Shown here piece by piece: positions 1-11,828 of a DNA stretch of 64,000 bases. Source of the DNA: an uncultured Actinomycetota bacterium (lineage in GTDB: Bacteria > Actinomycetota > Actinomycetes > Mycobacteriales > Pseudonocardiaceae); NCBI GenBank assembly GCA_963786585.1, contig CAWAZG010000006.1, forward strand, positions 782,338 to 846,337. Direction: 5' to 3'. The position numbers were made by a program, and so were the translations under genes. The notes below the pieces were generated by a model that saw only the letters and a list, made by a program, of their open reading frames with translations, ran no database searches and was not told where the DNA came from. Within the stretch, counting starts at the first letter, position 1. Every line of letters starts with the position of its first letter.

Positions 1-124
1 CGACGACCGTGGCGGTGCCGGCGAGGGTCTCGGCGACCGCGCCGGTGATCCCGCGGCCGACGACCACGTCGTACGGCGCGGCGCTCGCGACGTGCAGGCG
101 CTCGAGGACCGTCTCAGCGGGCAC
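1..124 (-). CDS. aroB: 3-dehydroquinate synthase, N-terminal fragment (runs off left edge)
   Basis: GTG at 124 reads [25 protein letters not shown], typical actinobacterial AroB N-terminus; directly downstream of aroK. Confidence 0.75.
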   Translation of the reverse strand, partial: MPAETVLERLHVASAAPYDVVVGRGITGAVAETLAGTATVV

Positions 125-641
125 CGTCGCCCACCTCCGCGCGCAGGGCCGCCAGGACGGCGTCCACGACGTCGTCGGGGCTCACGGTGTCGGTGGCGAT
201 CTCGTGGCGGGCCACCGAGCGGTAGACCGGCAGGCGCTCCTGCAGCAGCGCGGAGAACGTCGCGCGGGGGTTGACCCCGGCGAGCAGGGGCCGCGCCGTC
301 GACAGGCCGACGCGGCGGACACCGACGGCCAGCCCGACGCCGAGGAACACCACGGGGTGCCCGTCGAGCAGGTCGCGGACCGCCTCGGTCATCACCGCTC
401 CCCCGCCGAGCGCGAGCACGCCGTCGTGGTCGGCCAGCGCCCCGGCCACCGCGTCGCGCTCGAGCGCGCGGAACACCGGCTCGCCGTCGGTGAGGAAGAT
501 GTCGCTGATCGCCCGGCCGGCCATCGCCTCGACCAGCGCGTCGCTGTCGGCGAAGGGCACGCCCAGGCGCTCGGCCAGCAGGGTCCCCACGGTCGTCTTG
601 CCCGCCCCGGGGGGCCCGACCAGGACCGCGACCGGGCTCAC
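114..641 (-). CDS. aroK: shikimate kinase
   Basis: Walker [31 protein letters not shown]; GTG overlaps aroC stop. Confidence 0.95.
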   Translation of the reverse strand: MSPVAVLVGPPGAGKTTVGTLLAERLGVPFADSDALVEAMAGRAISDIFLTDGEPVFRALERDAVAGALADHDGVLALGGGAVMTEAVRDLLDGHPVVFLGVGLAVGVRRVGLSTARPLLAGVNPRATFSALLQERLPVYRSVARHEIATDTVSPDDVVDAVLAALRAEVGDGAR

Positions 642-1885
642 GGCTGGCCCGGGCCGTCGATGGTCGAGAGCCGCTGCGCGTCGTCCCCGGTGTCGACGTG
701 GCGACGCGGGTCGATCGCCGCGGCGTAGGCCGAGGCGTTGCGGGCGGTCTCGCGCAGCGAGTCGCCGCCGAACTTCTCCAGCGCCGCCTCGGCGAGCACG
801 AGCGCGACCAGGGCCTCCGCCACCACGCCGGCGGCCGGCACGGCGCAGACGTCGGAGCGCTGGTGGTGCGCGGTGGTGCCCTCGCCGGTGACCACGTCGA
901 CGGTGCGCAGCGCCTTCGGCACGGTGGAGATGGGCTTCATGGCCACGCGCGCCCGCAGGGGCTCGCCGTTGGTCATGCCGCCCTCGATGCCGCCGGCGCG
1001 GTTGGTGAACCGGGCGACGCCCGTGTCGTGGGAACCGTGGAGGATCTCGTCGTGGGCCGCGGACCCCCGGCGGCGCGCGGTGGTGAACCCGTCGCCGATC
1101 TCCACGCCCTTCATCGCCTGGATGCCCATGAGGGCCGCGGCGAGGCGGGCGTCGAGCCGGCGGTCGGCCTGGACGTAGGACCCGAGGCCCACGGGCAGCC
1201 CGTGGGCGACGACCTCGACCACCCCGCCGAGCGTGTCGCCGTCCTCCTTGGCGGCGTCGACCTCGGCCACCATCCGCGCGGTCGAGGCCTCGTCCACCGC
1301 GCGCACCGGGCTCGCGTCGATGCGCTCGCCGTCGCCCGGCATCGGGATCACGTCGAGCGTCGCGTCGGCCGTCCCGAGGCTGACGACGTGCGAGAGCACC
1401 TCGACGCCCAGGGCCTGCGCGAGGAACGCCTTGGCCACCGCGCCGAGGGCCACCTTGGCGGCGGTCTCGCGGGCGCTCGCGCGCTCGAGCACCGGGCGGG
1501 CCTCGTCGAAGTCGTACTTCGTCATGCCGGCGAGGTCGGCGTGGCCGGGACGCGGACGCGTCAACGGGGCGTTGCGTGCGCGGCCCTCCAGCAGCACCGG
1601 GTCGACGGGGTCGGCGGACATCACCGTCTCCCACTTCGGCCACTCGCTGTTGGCGATGCGGATGGCCACCGGGCCGCCCATCGTCAGGCCGTGCCGCAGG
1701 CCCCCGGAGAGCTCGATCTCGTCGGCCTCGAAGCTCATCCGCGCGCCACGGCCGTAGCCGAGTCGCCGCCGGGCGAGCTCGGCCGACACCTCCTTCGAGC
1801 TCACCGAGACGCCCGCGACCATGCCCTCGAGCACGGCCGTGAGCGCCGCTCCGTGCGACTCTCCCGCCGTCAGCCACCGCAACAC
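638..1885 (-). CDS. aroC: chorismate synthase
   Basis: [12 protein letters not shown] start, [28 protein letters not shown] motifs. Confidence 0.97.
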   Translation of the reverse strand: MLRWLTAGESHGAALTAVLEGMVAGVSVSSKEVSAELARRRLGYGRGARMSFEADEIELSGGLRHGLTMGGPVAIRIANSEWPKWETVMSADPVDPVLLEGRARNAPLTRPRPGHADLAGMTKYDFDEARPVLERASARETAAKVALGAVAKAFLAQALGVEVLSHVVSLGTADATLDVIPMPGDGERIDASPVRAVDEASTARMVAEVDAAKEDGDTLGGVVEVVAHGLPVGLGSYVQADRRLDARLAAALMGIQAMKGVEIGDGFTTARRRGSAAHDEILHGSHDTGVARFTNRAGGIEGGMTNGEPLRARVAMKPISTVPKALRTVDVVTGEGTTAHHQRSDVCAVPAAGVVAEALVALVLAEAALEKFGGDSLRETARNASAYAAAIDPRRHVDTGDDAQRLSTIDGPGQP

Positions 1886-1912
1886 GGGCCCATCGTTTCA
1901 CGTCGCCGACGG

Positions 1913-2545
1913 TCATCGGGCGATCACGGTCGCGAAGAGGACGAGCCACGTCGCTCCGAGCAGCGGCGGACCGTACGGGACACGGCGGGCACCGCCGGCG
2001 AGCACGAGGACGAGGACCCCGACGGCAGCGAGCACCGGGGCCGCCAGCAGCCCGCCCCAGGACGCGGCGGCCAGCGGCGCGCCGAGCGCGGGAGCCAGCT
2101 TGACGTCCCCCGCCCCCAGCGCGCCCGGGGCCGCGAGGTGCACCGCGGCGAACGCCCCACCGAGGACGACGGCGCCGAGGAGGCCGGCGACGAGGTGCTC
2201 CGTGCCGAGCGGGACCAGGGCGGCGAGGGCGAGCACCGAGGCCGGCACGGTGACGGCGTCCGGGAGGCGCCGGGCGACGAGGTCGGTGGCGCTGCCGGCG
2301 ACGACGAGCGCGCCGAGGACCAGCCACGCCGGGAGCCACGTCGCCGGCGCGAGCCCGGCGGCCACGACCCCCGCCGGCACGGTCCAGAGCACCGCCAGCG
2401 TCCCGGCGGTCGGGAGGACCGGGACGAGCACCCCGCGCCGCATCCGCGCGAGCAGGGCCCGCAGGCACACCCCCGCGAGAGCGCCCGTCGACCCGGCGCC
2501 GAGGACCGCTAGGGCGACCGCTGTGGGGACCGTTCCGATGACCAC
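1913..2545 (-). CDS. A24-family prepilin peptidase-like membrane protein
   Basis: Hydrophobic; DLVARRLPD, GAGDVKLA and VPYGP motifs; same position as Rv2551c. Confidence 0.8.
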   Translation of the reverse strand: MVIGTVPTAVALAVLGAGSTGALAGVCLRALLARMRRGVLVPVLPTAGTLAVLWTVPAGVVAAGLAPATWLPAWLVLGALVVAGSATDLVARRLPDAVTVPASVLALAALVPLGTEHLVAGLLGAVVLGGAFAAVHLAAPGALGAGDVKLAPALGAPLAAASWGGLLAAPVLAAVGVLVLVLAGGARRVPYGPPLLGATWLVLFATVIAR

Positions 2546-2671
2546 GCTCTCGAGCCTGGAGCAGCCCGTCCACTCCCGTCACGCGCCGTCTCGGGGCCTG
2601 TGGACGCATCCGGCGGATGGGGACGGCGGACGGAGCAGCGAACAGGGTCGAGCCCAGCCGGCAGCGCTGCG

Positions 2672-2693
2672 AACGCTTCGGTTTCCGAAGCGT
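2672..2693. repeat. intergenic palindrome ACGCTTCGG-TTT-CCGAAGCGT, copy 1
   Basis: Perfect 9-bp arms; near-identical copy at 11717-11737. Confidence 0.7.
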
Positions 2694-2742
2694 CTCGCGC
2701 GAACGAGGTCAGGTTCCGGGGGCCGCCGAGATGGGGGCTTTC

Positions 2743-2779
2743 CTGACGTCTGACGTGAGCGTGGGCCCCAGGCTGACAC
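2743..2779. repeat. dispersed ~37-bp element, copy 1
   Basis: 32/37 identical to 38135-38171; related to the 52.3/52.8 kb inverted repeats. Confidence 0.7.
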
Positions 2780-2789
2780 CCACGCGCGC

Positions 2790-3668
2790 TCACCCCGGCA
2801 GGGGCAGGAGGGCGACGTCGGTGGTGGCGGCGAGGGCCTCGTGCATCGCCTCGCGCGGCGCAGGCCGGCCCGTGAACTGCTCGACCTGGCCGAACGCCTG
2901 GTGCAGGAGCATGTCGAGGCCCGTGGCGACGGGCAGGCCCCGGGCCGCGGCGGCCTCGGCCAGGGGTGTCGGCCAGGGGTGGTAGACCGCGTCGAGGACC
3001 ACCGACCACGGGGGCAGCGCCGCGACGAGGCGCTCGGCCAGCCCGGGCCCGAGGGCGTCGGCCGGGGTGGTGTTGATCAACCACTTGGCCGTCACCAGGT
3101 CGCCCACGCCGAGGTCGTCCCAGGTGACGGGGCGGCGGTGGAAGCCGTGGGCGCGGGCCACCGCGAGGGTGCCGGCGGCCCGCGCGACGTCGCGCACCAC
3201 CAGCGTCACCGACTCGCCGCCGAGCTCGAACACGCCGGCGAGTGCGGCGCACGCCGTGGCCCCGCTGCCCAGGACGACCACGTCCGTGATGCCCGCGGAG
3301 ATGCCCGGGGAGATGCTCGGGGAGTCCCGGACCCGCGCCGCGCGCAGGGCGCCGGCGACGCCGTCGACGTCCGTGCAGTCCGCGACCCAGCCGCCGTCCC
3401 GGGGCACCAGCGTGTTGGCCGCCCCGACCCGCCGGGCCCGGGGGGTCACGCTCGACGCCAGCTCGAGAGCCGCGCGCTTGCCGGGCATCGTCACCGACAG
3501 GCCCGCCCACGACGCGTCGCGGGCCGCGACCCAGCCGGGCAGCTCCTCGACGGTGCACTCGACGGCCTCGTAGGTCCAGTCGTCGAGGCCCAGCGCGGCA
3601 TAGGCGGCGCGGTGCAGGACCGGGGAGCGGGAGTGCGCCACCGGCGACCCCAGGAGTGCGGCGCGCAC
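2790..3668 (-). CDS. aroE: shikimate dehydrogenase
   Basis: LGSPVAHSRSPVLH, SVTMPGK, ANTL, DCTDVDG, GSGATA, GLDMLLHQA. Confidence 0.93.
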   Translation of the reverse strand: MRAALLGSPVAHSRSPVLHRAAYAALGLDDWTYEAVECTVEELPGWVAARDASWAGLSVTMPGKRAALELASSVTPRARRVGAANTLVPRDGGWVADCTDVDGVAGALRAARVRDSPSISPGISAGITDVVVLGSGATACAALAGVFELGGESVTLVVRDVARAAGTLAVARAHGFHRRPVTWDDLGVGDLVTAKWLINTTPADALGPGLAERLVAALPPWSVVLDAVYHPWPTPLAEAAAARGLPVATGLDMLLHQAFGQVEQFTGRPAPREAMHEALAATTDVALLPLPG

Positions 3669-3670
3669 GA

Positions 3671-5257
3671 TCAGTAGACCCCGCGTTCCTGGGCGAGACG
3701 GCGGTTGGCGTCGTGCTCCTCGGGGGCGACCGCGAAGCAGGAGATGCCGTCGGTCTGGCACTTCACGAAGTACACCCACGGTCCCGGCGTCGGCTCGAGC
3801 GCGGCGGCGAGGGCCTCCGGGCTCACGGCGCCGATGGGGGTCGGGGTCAACCCGAGGTTGAGGTACGTGTTGTACGGACCGGGCCGCGCGCGGTCGAACG
3901 GGCTGGTCAGGAGCGTCTGCCGGTCGAGGGGATAGTTCACCGTCGAGTCGAACTGGAGGCGCATCGGGACCGCGAGCCGGTTGTAGATGACCTGCGCGAC
4001 CTTCCCGAAGTCCGCCGCGACACCCTCGCGCTCGGCGAGCGAGGCGACGATCAGCGCGTCGTACGGCGGCACCCCGCGCGCCTCGGCCTCCTGCACGAGA
4101 CCGGACGCCTCGAGCCGCGGCACCGACGCGCGCACCACCTGCTCCAGCGCCTCCCGGGCGCCGATGCCCGGCGCGAGGTCGACGGTGCCGGGGGCGAGCA
4201 GACCCTCCAGCCGGCGGGCCGGCTCGGCGCGGCGCACGCCGTCGAGCGCCCAGGTCGGCACCCCGAGCTCGGCGGGGTCGGTGTCGACCATGGCCGCCCG
4301 GAGATCCGCGACGGAGGCGCAGCGCTCGGCCCCGGCGTCGTCGACGGTGCAGGTGGCCCGCGAGATCAGCGACAGGACACCCGGCACCGTGGAGTCGCCC
4401 GCGCCGACGGTGTCGTCGAGCTGCACCCCGCTGCGGATCTCCAGGCGGCCGACCCGGGTGGCCGGGTCGAGCAGGGCCTCGACCGCGCCGGCCGACGACA
4501 TCTGGCGGCGCAAGTCGTAGAAGCCGGGCTGGATGCCCCGGCCGTTCGGGTTGTCCTCCGCGGCGTCGCCGAACGACCGGGCCGAGGCCACGACGTCGTC
4601 GGCGACGAGCTGCTCGCCGATCTCGCGGGTGGACGAGCCCTCCGACACCTCGACGACGACCCGGCCGGTGCCGGGGCCGTCGTAGTCGGGCGGGAAGACG
4701 ATCGGGAGCAGATCGCGGGCGAAGAACACCCCGCCGGCGAGGACGACGACCAGGAGCACCGCGATCCCCGGCCACAGGAGACGTCGGCGGGGACGCTCCT
4801 CGCCGCCCTGGGGCAGGGCCTCGGTGAGCGCGTCGCCCTGCGGGGCGGGCGGGTCGTCGCCGAGGAGCCAGCCGGGGTCCACCTCGGGATCCGGCTCCGG
4901 CTCGGGCGCCGGGTCGCGACGGTCCGGAGCACGCCCCGCCTCGTACGCGGCGAACGCGGTCCCTGCGACGTCGGTCTCGGCGTCGGCGTCGGCGGCGTCG
5001 CGCGCGATCTGCTCCGGACGCAGCCACCCCGACGCGTAGTGGCGCTCGGTCTCGGCGTCCCCGTGGTCACCAGAACGGTCGACAGAGCGGTCGACGGGCC
5101 GCGCGACGACCGGCCGTCCCGCCGTCTGCCCGCGCCCCGCGACGGGGCGGCCGGCCCGCACCCCCGGCCGCTGGGTGGTCGCCGACATCTTCACGATCCG
5201 GCGCCCGGACGGCGTCCCGTTCTCCGGCGCGTCCGGTCGCCCGTGACGTCCGGTCAC
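3671..5257 (-). CDS. mltG: endolytic transglycosylase MltG (start uncertain, long disordered N-terminus)
   Basis: TM helix, [35 protein letters not shown]; between ruvX and aroE. Confidence 0.88.
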   Translation of the reverse strand: MTGRHGRPDAPENGTPSGRRIVKMSATTQRPGVRAGRPVAGRGQTAGRPVVARPVDRSVDRSGDHGDAETERHYASGWLRPEQIARDAADADAETDVAGTAFAAYEAGRAPDRRDPAPEPEPDPEVDPGWLLGDDPPAPQGDALTEALPQGGEERPRRRLLWPGIAVLLVVVLAGGVFFARDLLPIVFPPDYDGPGTGRVVVEVSEGSSTREIGEQLVADDVVASARSFGDAAEDNPNGRGIQPGFYDLRRQMSSAGAVEALLDPATRVGRLEIRSGVQLDDTVGAGDSTVPGVLSLISRATCTVDDAGAERCASVADLRAAMVDTDPAELGVPTWALDGVRRAEPARRLEGLLAPGTVDLAPGIGAREALEQVVRASVPRLEASGLVQEAEARGVPPYDALIVASLAEREGVAADFGKVAQVIYNRLAVPMRLQFDSTVNYPLDRQTLLTSPFDRARPGPYNTYLNLGLTPTPIGAVSPEALAAALEPTPGPWVYFVKCQTDGISCFAVAPEEHDANRRLAQERGVY

Positions 5258-5733
5258 GTGTCCTCCGCGGTCGCGCCGCCGTCGGGACGCGCGCGGCGGG
5301 CGTCGAGGTAGCCCTGCAGGATGCCGACGGCCGCGGCCTGGTCGATCACCTTGCGCTGCTTGCGCCCCTTCACACCCCGGTCCGAGAGCGTGCGCATGGC
5401 GGTGACGGTGGTCAGGCGTTCGTCGGAGAGCACGACCGGCACGTCGCGACCCGCCGCGGACAGCCGCCCGCGCAGCGCCGTCGCGTAGTCCTGGGCCTTC
5501 TGCGCGGCCGGACCCTCGCGTCCGGCCAGCGTGCGGGGAAGCCCCACGACCACCTCGACCACCTCGTGCTCGTCGACGAGCGCCACCAGCCGGGCCAGGT
5601 CGGCGCCGGCCGATTCATCGTGATCGAGGGTAACGAGCGGTGTCGCGAGCACCCCGCCGGGATCGGACAGGGCGACGCCCACGCGCACGCTGCCGACGTC
5701 CACGCCGAGGCGCCGGCCGCTGTCAGCCGCCAG
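5254..5733 (-). CDS. ruvX: Holliday junction resolvase-like / pre-16S rRNA processing nuclease (start approximate)
   Basis: [39 protein letters not shown]. Confidence 0.9.
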   Translation of the reverse strand: MAADSGRRLGVDVGSVRVGVALSDPGGVLATPLVTLDHDESAGADLARLVALVDEHEVVEVVVGLPRTLAGREGPAAQKAQDYATALRGRLSAAGRDVPVVLSDERLTTVTAMRTLSDRGVKGRKQRKVIDQAAAVGILQGYLDARRARPDGGATAEDT

Positions 5734-8395
5734 CGCGGGCCACCTCCGCGCGCAGGGCCGCGATGGCGTCGTCGATCCCGGCGACACCACTGCCACCGCC
5801 CTGGGCCAGGTCCGGCTTGCCGCCGCCCCGGCCGTTCACCGCGGGCGCGAAGGCCTTGACCAGGTCGCCCGCGGCCAGGCCGCGCTCGCGGGCGCCCTCG
5901 GTGGTGGCGACGACGAACGAGACCTTGTCCCCGTCGGGCGCGAAGAGGGCGACGACGCCCGGCCGGGCCTGCAGCCGCCCGCGGACGTCGCCGGCGAGCG
6001 ACCGCAGGTCGCCCCCGCCGACGCCCTCGGGCGTGCGGGCGGCGACCAGGGCGATCCCGCCGACGTCCTCGGCGCCGTCCACGAGCGACCCCGCCGAGGA
6101 GAGCACCTCGCGGGCCCGGATCGTCTCGAGCTCCTTCTCCGCGGCGCGCAGGCGGTCGACGACCCCGCCGATGCGCTCGGGGAGCTCCTCGGGCTGGGCG
6201 CGGAACTGCTCGGCGAGCTGGTTGACCAGCACGTGCTCGCGGGCCAGGAACCGGAAGGCGTCGATGCCGACGAGGGCCTCGACGCGGCGCACGCCGGACC
6301 CGATGGAGCCCTCGCCCATCAGCTTGACCAGGCCGAGCTGGCCGGAGCGGCCCACGTGGGTACCGCCGCAGAGCTCGCGGGAGTACTCGCCGACCTCGAC
6401 GATGCGCACGGCGTCGCCGTACTTCTCGCCGAAGAGGGCGACGGCGCCGAGCTTGCGGGCCTCGTCCATCGACGTGACGAACGCGCGCACCTCGTCGTCG
6501 CCGAGGAGCACGGTGTTGACCTCGTCCTCGACGTCGGCGAGCACGCTGGCCGGTACCGCGCCCTCCGGCGAGGTGAAGTCGAAGCGCAGCCGGCCGGGGG
6601 CGTTGAGCGACCCCGCCTGGGCGGCCGAGTCGCCGAGGGCCTTGCGCATCCCGGCGTGCACGAGGTGCGTCGCGGTGTGCGCGCGCGAGATCGCGGCGCG
6701 GCGCTCGACGTCGATCTGGGCCGAGACCGGGGCGTCGCGGGTGGCTTCACCGTGCAGGACGCGACCGCGGTGCACCGAGAGGCCCGGCACCGGGGTCTGC
6801 ACGTCGGTGATCTCGATGGTGAACCCGTCGCCGAACAGGCGCCCGGTGTCCGACTGCTGGCCGCCGCCCTCCGCGTAGAACGGGGTGCGGTCGAGCATGA
6901 CCTCGACGTCGTCGCCCTCCGTGGCGGCGGGGACGCCGACACCGTCGACGACGAGCCCGACGATCGAGGCGTCGGCGCGCTGGTCGGAGTAGCCGAGGAA
7001 GTCGGTGAGCCCGGCCCGCTCCAGGACCTCGCGGTAGGCGCTGGCGTCGGCCCCGCCGTGCTTGCGGGCGGCGGCGTCGGCCTTGGCGCGGGACCGCTGC
7101 TCCTCCATCAGCGACCGGAAGGCGCCCTCGTCGACCGAGAGCCCGGCCTCCGAGGCCATCTCCAGCGTCAGGTCGATGGGGAAGCCGTAGGTGTCGTGCA
7201 GGGCGAAGGCGCTGGACCCGGGCAACGTCGTCGAGCCGGAGGCCCGGACGTCGGAGACCGCCGACTCGAAGATCCGCGAGCCGGTGGCGAGCGTGGCGAG
7301 GAAGGCCTCCTCCTCGCGGCGCACCACGGCGGCGATCCGCTCGTAGGAGGTGACGATCTCCGGGTACGACGGACCCATGGCGTCGCGCACGATGCCGACG
7401 AGGTCGACGAGCACCGGCTCGGTGATGCCGAGCAGCCGGGCGTTGCGCACGACGCGACGCAATAGGCGGCGCAGCACGTAGCCGCGACCCTCGTTGCCGG
7501 GCACGACGCCGTCGCCGATGAGCATGGCGCCGGTGCGGACGTGGTCGGCGATGACCCGGAACCGGACGCCCTGCTCCTCGGTCCCCTCGTCGTAGGAGCG
7601 GCCCGAGAGCTCCTGCACGCGGTCGATCACCGGGCGCAGCAGGTCGGTCTCGTAGACGTTCTCCACGCCCTGGAGCAGGAACGCGACGCGCTCGACGCCG
7701 AGCCCGGTGTCGATGTTCTTCTGCGGGAGCTCGCCGATGGGGGCGGCTCCGTACTTCGGGCTCGCCTCCCCGCGGATGTCCTGCATGAAGACGAGGTTCC
7801 AGATCTCGACGTACCGGTCCTCGTCGACCACCGGGCCGCCCTCGAGCCCGTGCTCGGGACCGCGGTCGTAGTAGATCTCCGAGCACGGCCCGCCGGGGCC
7901 GGGGATGCCCATGTCCCAGTAGTTGTCGCGCCCGTCGCGGCGCTGGATGCGCTCGGGCGGCAGGCCGGCGACCTCCTGCCACAGGCGCTCGGCCTCGTCG
8001 TCGTTCTCGAAGACGGTGACCCAGACGCGCTCGGGGTCGAAGCCGAACCCGCCGTCGTCCAGGGTGCCGGTGACCAGCGTCCAGGCGTGCCGGATCGCGC
8101 CTTCCTTGAAGTAGTCACCGAACGAGAAGTTGCCCGCCATCTGGAAGAACGTGTTGTGGCGGGTGGTGTGGCCGACGTTCTCGATGTCCCCGGTGCGCAC
8201 GCACTTCTGGATCGACGTGGCCGTGTCGTAGGGCGCCGGGGCCTCGCCGAGGAAGTACGGCTTGAACTGCACCATCCCCGCGTTGACGAACAGCAGGGTC
8301 GGGTCGTCGAGGATCAGCGAGGCGCTGGGGACGGGGGTGTGGCCGGCGTTCTCGAAGTGGGCGAGGAAGCGTCGGCGGATCTCGTGGGTCTGCAC
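5723..8395 (-). CDS. alaS: alanine--tRNA ligase
   Basis: [58 protein letters not shown]. Confidence 0.98.
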   Translation of the reverse strand: MQTHEIRRRFLAHFENAGHTPVPSASLILDDPTLLFVNAGMVQFKPYFLGEAPAPYDTATSIQKCVRTGDIENVGHTTRHNTFFQMAGNFSFGDYFKEGAIRHAWTLVTGTLDDGGFGFDPERVWVTVFENDDEAERLWQEVAGLPPERIQRRDGRDNYWDMGIPGPGGPCSEIYYDRGPEHGLEGGPVVDEDRYVEIWNLVFMQDIRGEASPKYGAAPIGELPQKNIDTGLGVERVAFLLQGVENVYETDLLRPVIDRVQELSGRSYDEGTEEQGVRFRVIADHVRTGAMLIGDGVVPGNEGRGYVLRRLLRRVVRNARLLGITEPVLVDLVGIVRDAMGPSYPEIVTSYERIAAVVRREEEAFLATLATGSRIFESAVSDVRASGSTTLPGSSAFALHDTYGFPIDLTLEMASEAGLSVDEGAFRSLMEEQRSRAKADAAARKHGGADASAYREVLERAGLTDFLGYSDQRADASIVGLVVDGVGVPAATEGDDVEVMLDRTPFYAEGGGQQSDTGRLFGDGFTIEITDVQTPVPGLSVHRGRVLHGEATRDAPVSAQIDVERRAAISRAHTATHLVHAGMRKALGDSAAQAGSLNAPGRLRFDFTSPEGAVPASVLADVEDEVNTVLLGDDEVRAFVTSMDEARKLGAVALFGEKYGDAVRIVEVGEYSRELCGGTHVGRSGQLGLVKLMGEGSIGSGVRRVEALVGIDAFRFLAREHVLVNQLAEQFRAQPEELPERIGGVVDRLRAAEKELETIRAREVLSSAGSLVDGAEDVGGIALVAARTPEGVGGGDLRSLAGDVRGRLQARPGVVALFAPDGDKVSFVVATTEGARERGLAAGDLVKAFAPAVNGRGGGKPDLAQGGGSGVAGIDDAIAALRAEVARAGG

Positions 8396-8446
8396 GTCAG
8401 TCCTGCTTCGCAGAGATGCGGGTGGGGGCGGGCGGGCGCGGGGGCC

Positions 8447-8749
8447 TCAACGGGCGTGCGAAGCTCCCCGCCGCGGCGCTCGGGCGTGACGGGCGTCCGA
8501 GGCGGGCTCGGGCCGCACCGGGATCTCCGTCGTGTCCTCCACCATCGCGTACAGCTCGTCGGAGCGTTCGTTCATTCCGGCGCGCACCTCGGCGCCGAAC
8601 GCCCCGAGGCCGGCGCCGAGCTCGCGCAGCCCCTCACCGAGGCTGGTGCCGATCCCCGCCGGCGTGGCCTTCTGCGTGATCGCGTTGACCTTGCGGGTCG
8701 CGGTGACCCCGACGGCCACCCCGACACCGACCCAGAACAGACGCTTCAT
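8447..8749 (-). CDS. conserved actinobacterial small membrane protein
   Basis: MKRLFWVGVGVAVGV N-terminal TM; overlaps upstream gene stop; usual neighbour of alaS. Confidence 0.75.
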   Translation of the reverse strand: MKRLFWVGVGVAVGVTATRKVNAITQKATPAGIGTSLGEGLRELGAGLGAFGAEVRAGMNERSDELYAMVEDTTEIPVRPEPASDARHARAPRRGASHAR

Positions 8750-9141
8750 GCGCGGGCACTCCGCTTCGACTTCTTCGGGGGCGGGGCGTTCTTCAGCTTG
8801 CGGGCCTGCTGGGCCTTGCGGATGCCGTAGGACAGCGCCGCGACCTTGATCAGCGGGCCGCCGAGCGTCGCGGTGAACAGCGTGCTCAGGGCCTTGGTGT
8901 TGGCGGCGACGGCCTGGGCGCTGGCGGTGACGCCGTCGACGCGCTCGAGCTGGGTGTTCACCGTGGTGAGCGTGACCCCGGCGTCGGAGAGCAGCGGCTC
9001 GGTGCCCTCGTGGGTCTTGCGGATCGCGATCGTGGCCTCGTCGAGCGTGCGACCGAGCTTGATCAACGGGATGGCGAGCAGCACCACCAGGATCACGAAC
9101 GCCACCGCGGCGATGATCGCCGCGATCTGGCCGACCGACAC
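8746..9141 (-). CDS. DUF948-like membrane protein
   Basis: GGAGG RBS + GTG; MSVGQIAAIIAAVAF, GGPLIKVAALSYG. Confidence 0.8.
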   Translation of the reverse strand: MSVGQIAAIIAAVAFVILVVLLAIPLIKLGRTLDEATIAIRKTHEGTEPLLSDAGVTLTTVNTQLERVDGVTASAQAVAANTKALSTLFTATLGGPLIKVAALSYGIRKAQQARKLKNAPPPKKSKRSARA

Positions 9142-9286
9142 GGGTCCTCCTCGGTGCTGGGTGCGATACAGGTCCCCGGACCGCCGGCCGGCGACACCAC
9201 CCAACAGGGCAGGGTCGTCGGCCGACACCTGGCGCAGGTGGCGGCAGGTTACCGTGCGCCGTCCGGACCTCTCCGGGGGACGGTGA

Positions 9287-10051
9287 TCAGCACGGGGGTA
9301 GTCCGAGACCCCCGCGGTAGGCCGGCGCGAGGTAGACCTCGGAGATGTAGCCGACCCGCCCGTCGGGGGCCCGCGCGCCCAGCCAGAGCTCCGAGACGGC
9401 CGCGTTCGGGTTCTGCCCGATGCTCGTCGACGTGAGGTCGGCGTTGGTGATCGACTCACCCGTGAGCTGGCAGACCGCGACGAACGTGGCGCCGGTCCCC
9501 ACGTCGGTGCCGGGGATCGTGCAGCCGGGCACGTTCGCGCACCGCGCGACGGGCCGCTCCCCCAGGTACGACGGCGTGCGGTCCTCGACGAGCCGGCCCT
9601 CCCCGATCGCCACCTTGTTCTGCACCACGACGGTGCGGGTCTCGACGTCGGGCGGGCTCGTCAGCACGACGACGAGTGCGGTCGCGAGGCCGACGACCAG
9701 CGCGACGAGGGCGGCGAACACCGCGATCTCGACGCGCCGCCGCGTGGTGCGCGGTGCGGTCGGGGCGGCCCCGTGAGGCCTCTCGTCCTCCGGCGGTGCG
9801 GCGGGAGCCGTGTCCCGCAGCGCCTCGTGACGGGCCCGCCAGCCCTCGACGTCGGCCGGCTCGACACCGATCGCGGCGAGCACGTCGGTGACGAGGTCGA
9901 CGTTCGGCAGCCCGGGTCCGCGCGTCGCCGCCGCGATCGTCGACTTCCCCCAGCCCGAGAGCCCTTCCGCACGCCGGAACGAGACGCCGCGGCGCTGCAT
10001 CGCGGCGAGGACATCGGCGCAGAACTGCGCGGGGGTGTCGCCGGGGCTCAC
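9287..10051 (-). CDS. XRE-like HTH + transmembrane + Cys-containing extracellular domain protein
   Basis: N-terminal HTH-like segment (SFRRAEGLSGWGKSTIAAA...LP), TM VFAALVALVVGLATALVVVL, C-terminal WLG...GRVGYISEVYL, ends LPPC. Confidence 0.7.
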   Translation of the reverse strand: MSPGDTPAQFCADVLAAMQRRGVSFRRAEGLSGWGKSTIAAATRGPGLPNVDLVTDVLAAIGVEPADVEGWRARHEALRDTAPAAPPEDERPHGAAPTAPRTTRRRVEIAVFAALVALVVGLATALVVVLTSPPDVETRTVVVQNKVAIGEGRLVEDRTPSYLGERPVARCANVPGCTIPGTDVGTGATFVAVCQLTGESITNADLTSTSIGQNPNAAVSELWLGARAPDGRVGYISEVYLAPAYRGGLGLPPC

Positions 10052-10227
10052 CGCGCCGCCTGTCCGGGGCGTCGGCGTCGTCGCAGGTCATGGGCGTCCG
10101 GACGGTGTCCGGGACAGCGGCGGACACCGCGTCGCGAACCGTCGGGGATCACAGCGGGAAGGCTACGACGAGGCGGGCCCGCAGCGACGCCGGCCACGGG
10201 TGCTTCCGGGGGGCGCACCTGGGGTCC

Positions 10228-11634
10228 TCATCGCTCGGGCCCGCCTCCCCGCACCACCTCGCGCAGCCGGGCGAGCCGCTCGCCGCGGTTCCGTTCGTCG
10301 CCCCGGCCCGCCGGGCGGTAGTAGTCACGGCCCACGAGCTCGTCGGGCGGGTACTGCTGGGCGACCACCCCGGCGCGGTCGGAGTGCGGGTAGGCGTAGC
10401 CGACCGCGTTGCCCTGGGCCTCGGCCCCCGCGTAGTGACCGTCCCGCAGGTGCGGGGGCACCGGACCGGCGGCGCCCTGGCGGACGTCGCTCATGGCCTC
10501 GTCGATGGCGGTGATCACCGCGTTGGACTTCGGGGCCGTCGCGAGGTGGATCGTCACCTGCGCGAGGTTGATGCGTACCTCGGGGAGGCCGATCAGGGCC
10601 ACCGCCTGGGCGGCCGCGACCGCGGCCGGCAGGGCGGTGGGGTCGGCGAGCCCGATGTCCTCGCTGGCGTGGACGACGAGGCGGCGCGCGATGAACCGCG
10701 GGTCCTCCCCAGCCACGATCATGCGGGCGAGGTAGTGCAGGGCAGCGTCCGGGTCCGAGCCGCGGATGGACTTGATGAACGCCGAGATGACGTCGTAGTG
10801 CTGGTCGCCGGCGCGGTCGTAGCGCACGGCGACCTCGTCGACCACGCGCTCGACGTCGGCGAGGGTCAGGGGTCCGGCGTTACCCACAGCGTCGGCGGCG
10901 GCCTCGAGCGCGGTCAGGCTGCGCCGGCCGTCGCCCGCCGCCAGCCGGACGAGGTGGGCGCGGGCGTCGGGGTCCAGGGTCACCGCGCCGCCCAGCCCGC
11001 GCGGGTCGGCGACGGCCCGGTCGAGCAGCAGCCCGACGGCCTCGTCGTCGAGGGCGTGCAGGCCGAGGACGAGGCTGCGGCTCAGCAGCGGGGCGACGAC
11101 GGAGAAGCTCGGGTTCTCGGTGGTGGCGCCGACGAGCAGCACCACGCGGTCCTCGACGGCCGCGAGCAGCGCGTCCTGCTGGGTGCGCGAGAAGCGGTGG
11201 ATCTCGTCGATGAACAGCACGGTGCGTCGTGGCTCGGAGGCCGCCAGGCGGCGGCGGGCGACCTCGATGACCCCGCGCACCTCCTTGACCCCGGCGTTGA
11301 GCGCGGACAGCGCCTCGAACGCCCGGCCCGTGGCCTGGGAGATCAGGCGGGCGAGCGTCGTCTTGCCCGTCCCCGGCGGGCCGTGCAGCACGACCGACGC
11401 CGGGGCGGCGCCCTCGACGAGGCGGCGCAACGGCGCTCCCGGCGCGAGCAGGTGGTCCTGGCCGACGACCTCGTCGAGGCTCGCGGGGCGCATCCGGACC
11501 GCCAGCGGCGTCCCGTCACCGCTGGTGGGGGCGGGACGGTCCTCGACGGTGCCGCGCGTGACCGGCCGGTCCGGATCGGGGCCCGTCACCGGTGCCTCCG
11601 GCACCTCGACATCGAACAGCCCGTCCTCACCCAT
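10228..11634 (-). CDS. rarA: replication-associated recombination protein A (MgsA/RarA AAA+ ATPase)
   Basis: [56 protein letters not shown]. Confidence 0.95.
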   Translation of the reverse strand: MGEDGLFDVEVPEAPVTGPDPDRPVTRGTVEDRPAPTSGDGTPLAVRMRPASLDEVVGQDHLLAPGAPLRRLVEGAAPASVVLHGPPGTGKTTLARLISQATGRAFEALSALNAGVKEVRGVIEVARRRLAASEPRRTVLFIDEIHRFSRTQQDALLAAVEDRVVLLVGATTENPSFSVVAPLLSRSLVLGLHALDDEAVGLLLDRAVADPRGLGGAVTLDPDARAHLVRLAAGDGRRSLTALEAAADAVGNAGPLTLADVERVVDEVAVRYDRAGDQHYDVISAFIKSIRGSDPDAALHYLARMIVAGEDPRFIARRLVVHASEDIGLADPTALPAAVAAAQAVALIGLPEVRINLAQVTIHLATAPKSNAVITAIDEAMSDVRQGAAGPVPPHLRDGHYAGAEAQGNAVGYAYPHSDRAGVVAQQYPPDELVGRDYYRPAGRGDERNRGERLARLREVVRGGGPER

Positions 11635-11716
11635 GCGCCCATGATGGCCTGCCGCTCCGACGGGCCCACGGCCCCAGCCGCGGGGATCGGCCCGGAGGCG
11701 TCCGACCCTCCGTGGC

Positions 11717-11737
11717 AACGCTTCGATTTCCGAAGCA
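11717..11737. repeat. intergenic palindrome GCTTCG-N5-CGAAGC, copy 2
   Basis: AACGCTTCGATTTCCGAAGCA vs AACGCTTCGGTTTCCGAAGCG at 2672. Confidence 0.65.
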
Positions 11738-11828
11738 TTCGCCGCCGAGGGGCCCACGCTCCGCCCACCTCGGCCCCCGCATGCCGGGACCCCGGCGGTC
11801 ACCCGGCGGAGAGATTAGGGTCCTGTCC

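Noticed and set aside
1913-2545. Prepilin peptidase as evidence for a pilus system
   Set aside because: No pilin or assembly genes nearby; the gene is a conserved resident of the actinobacterial aro locus.
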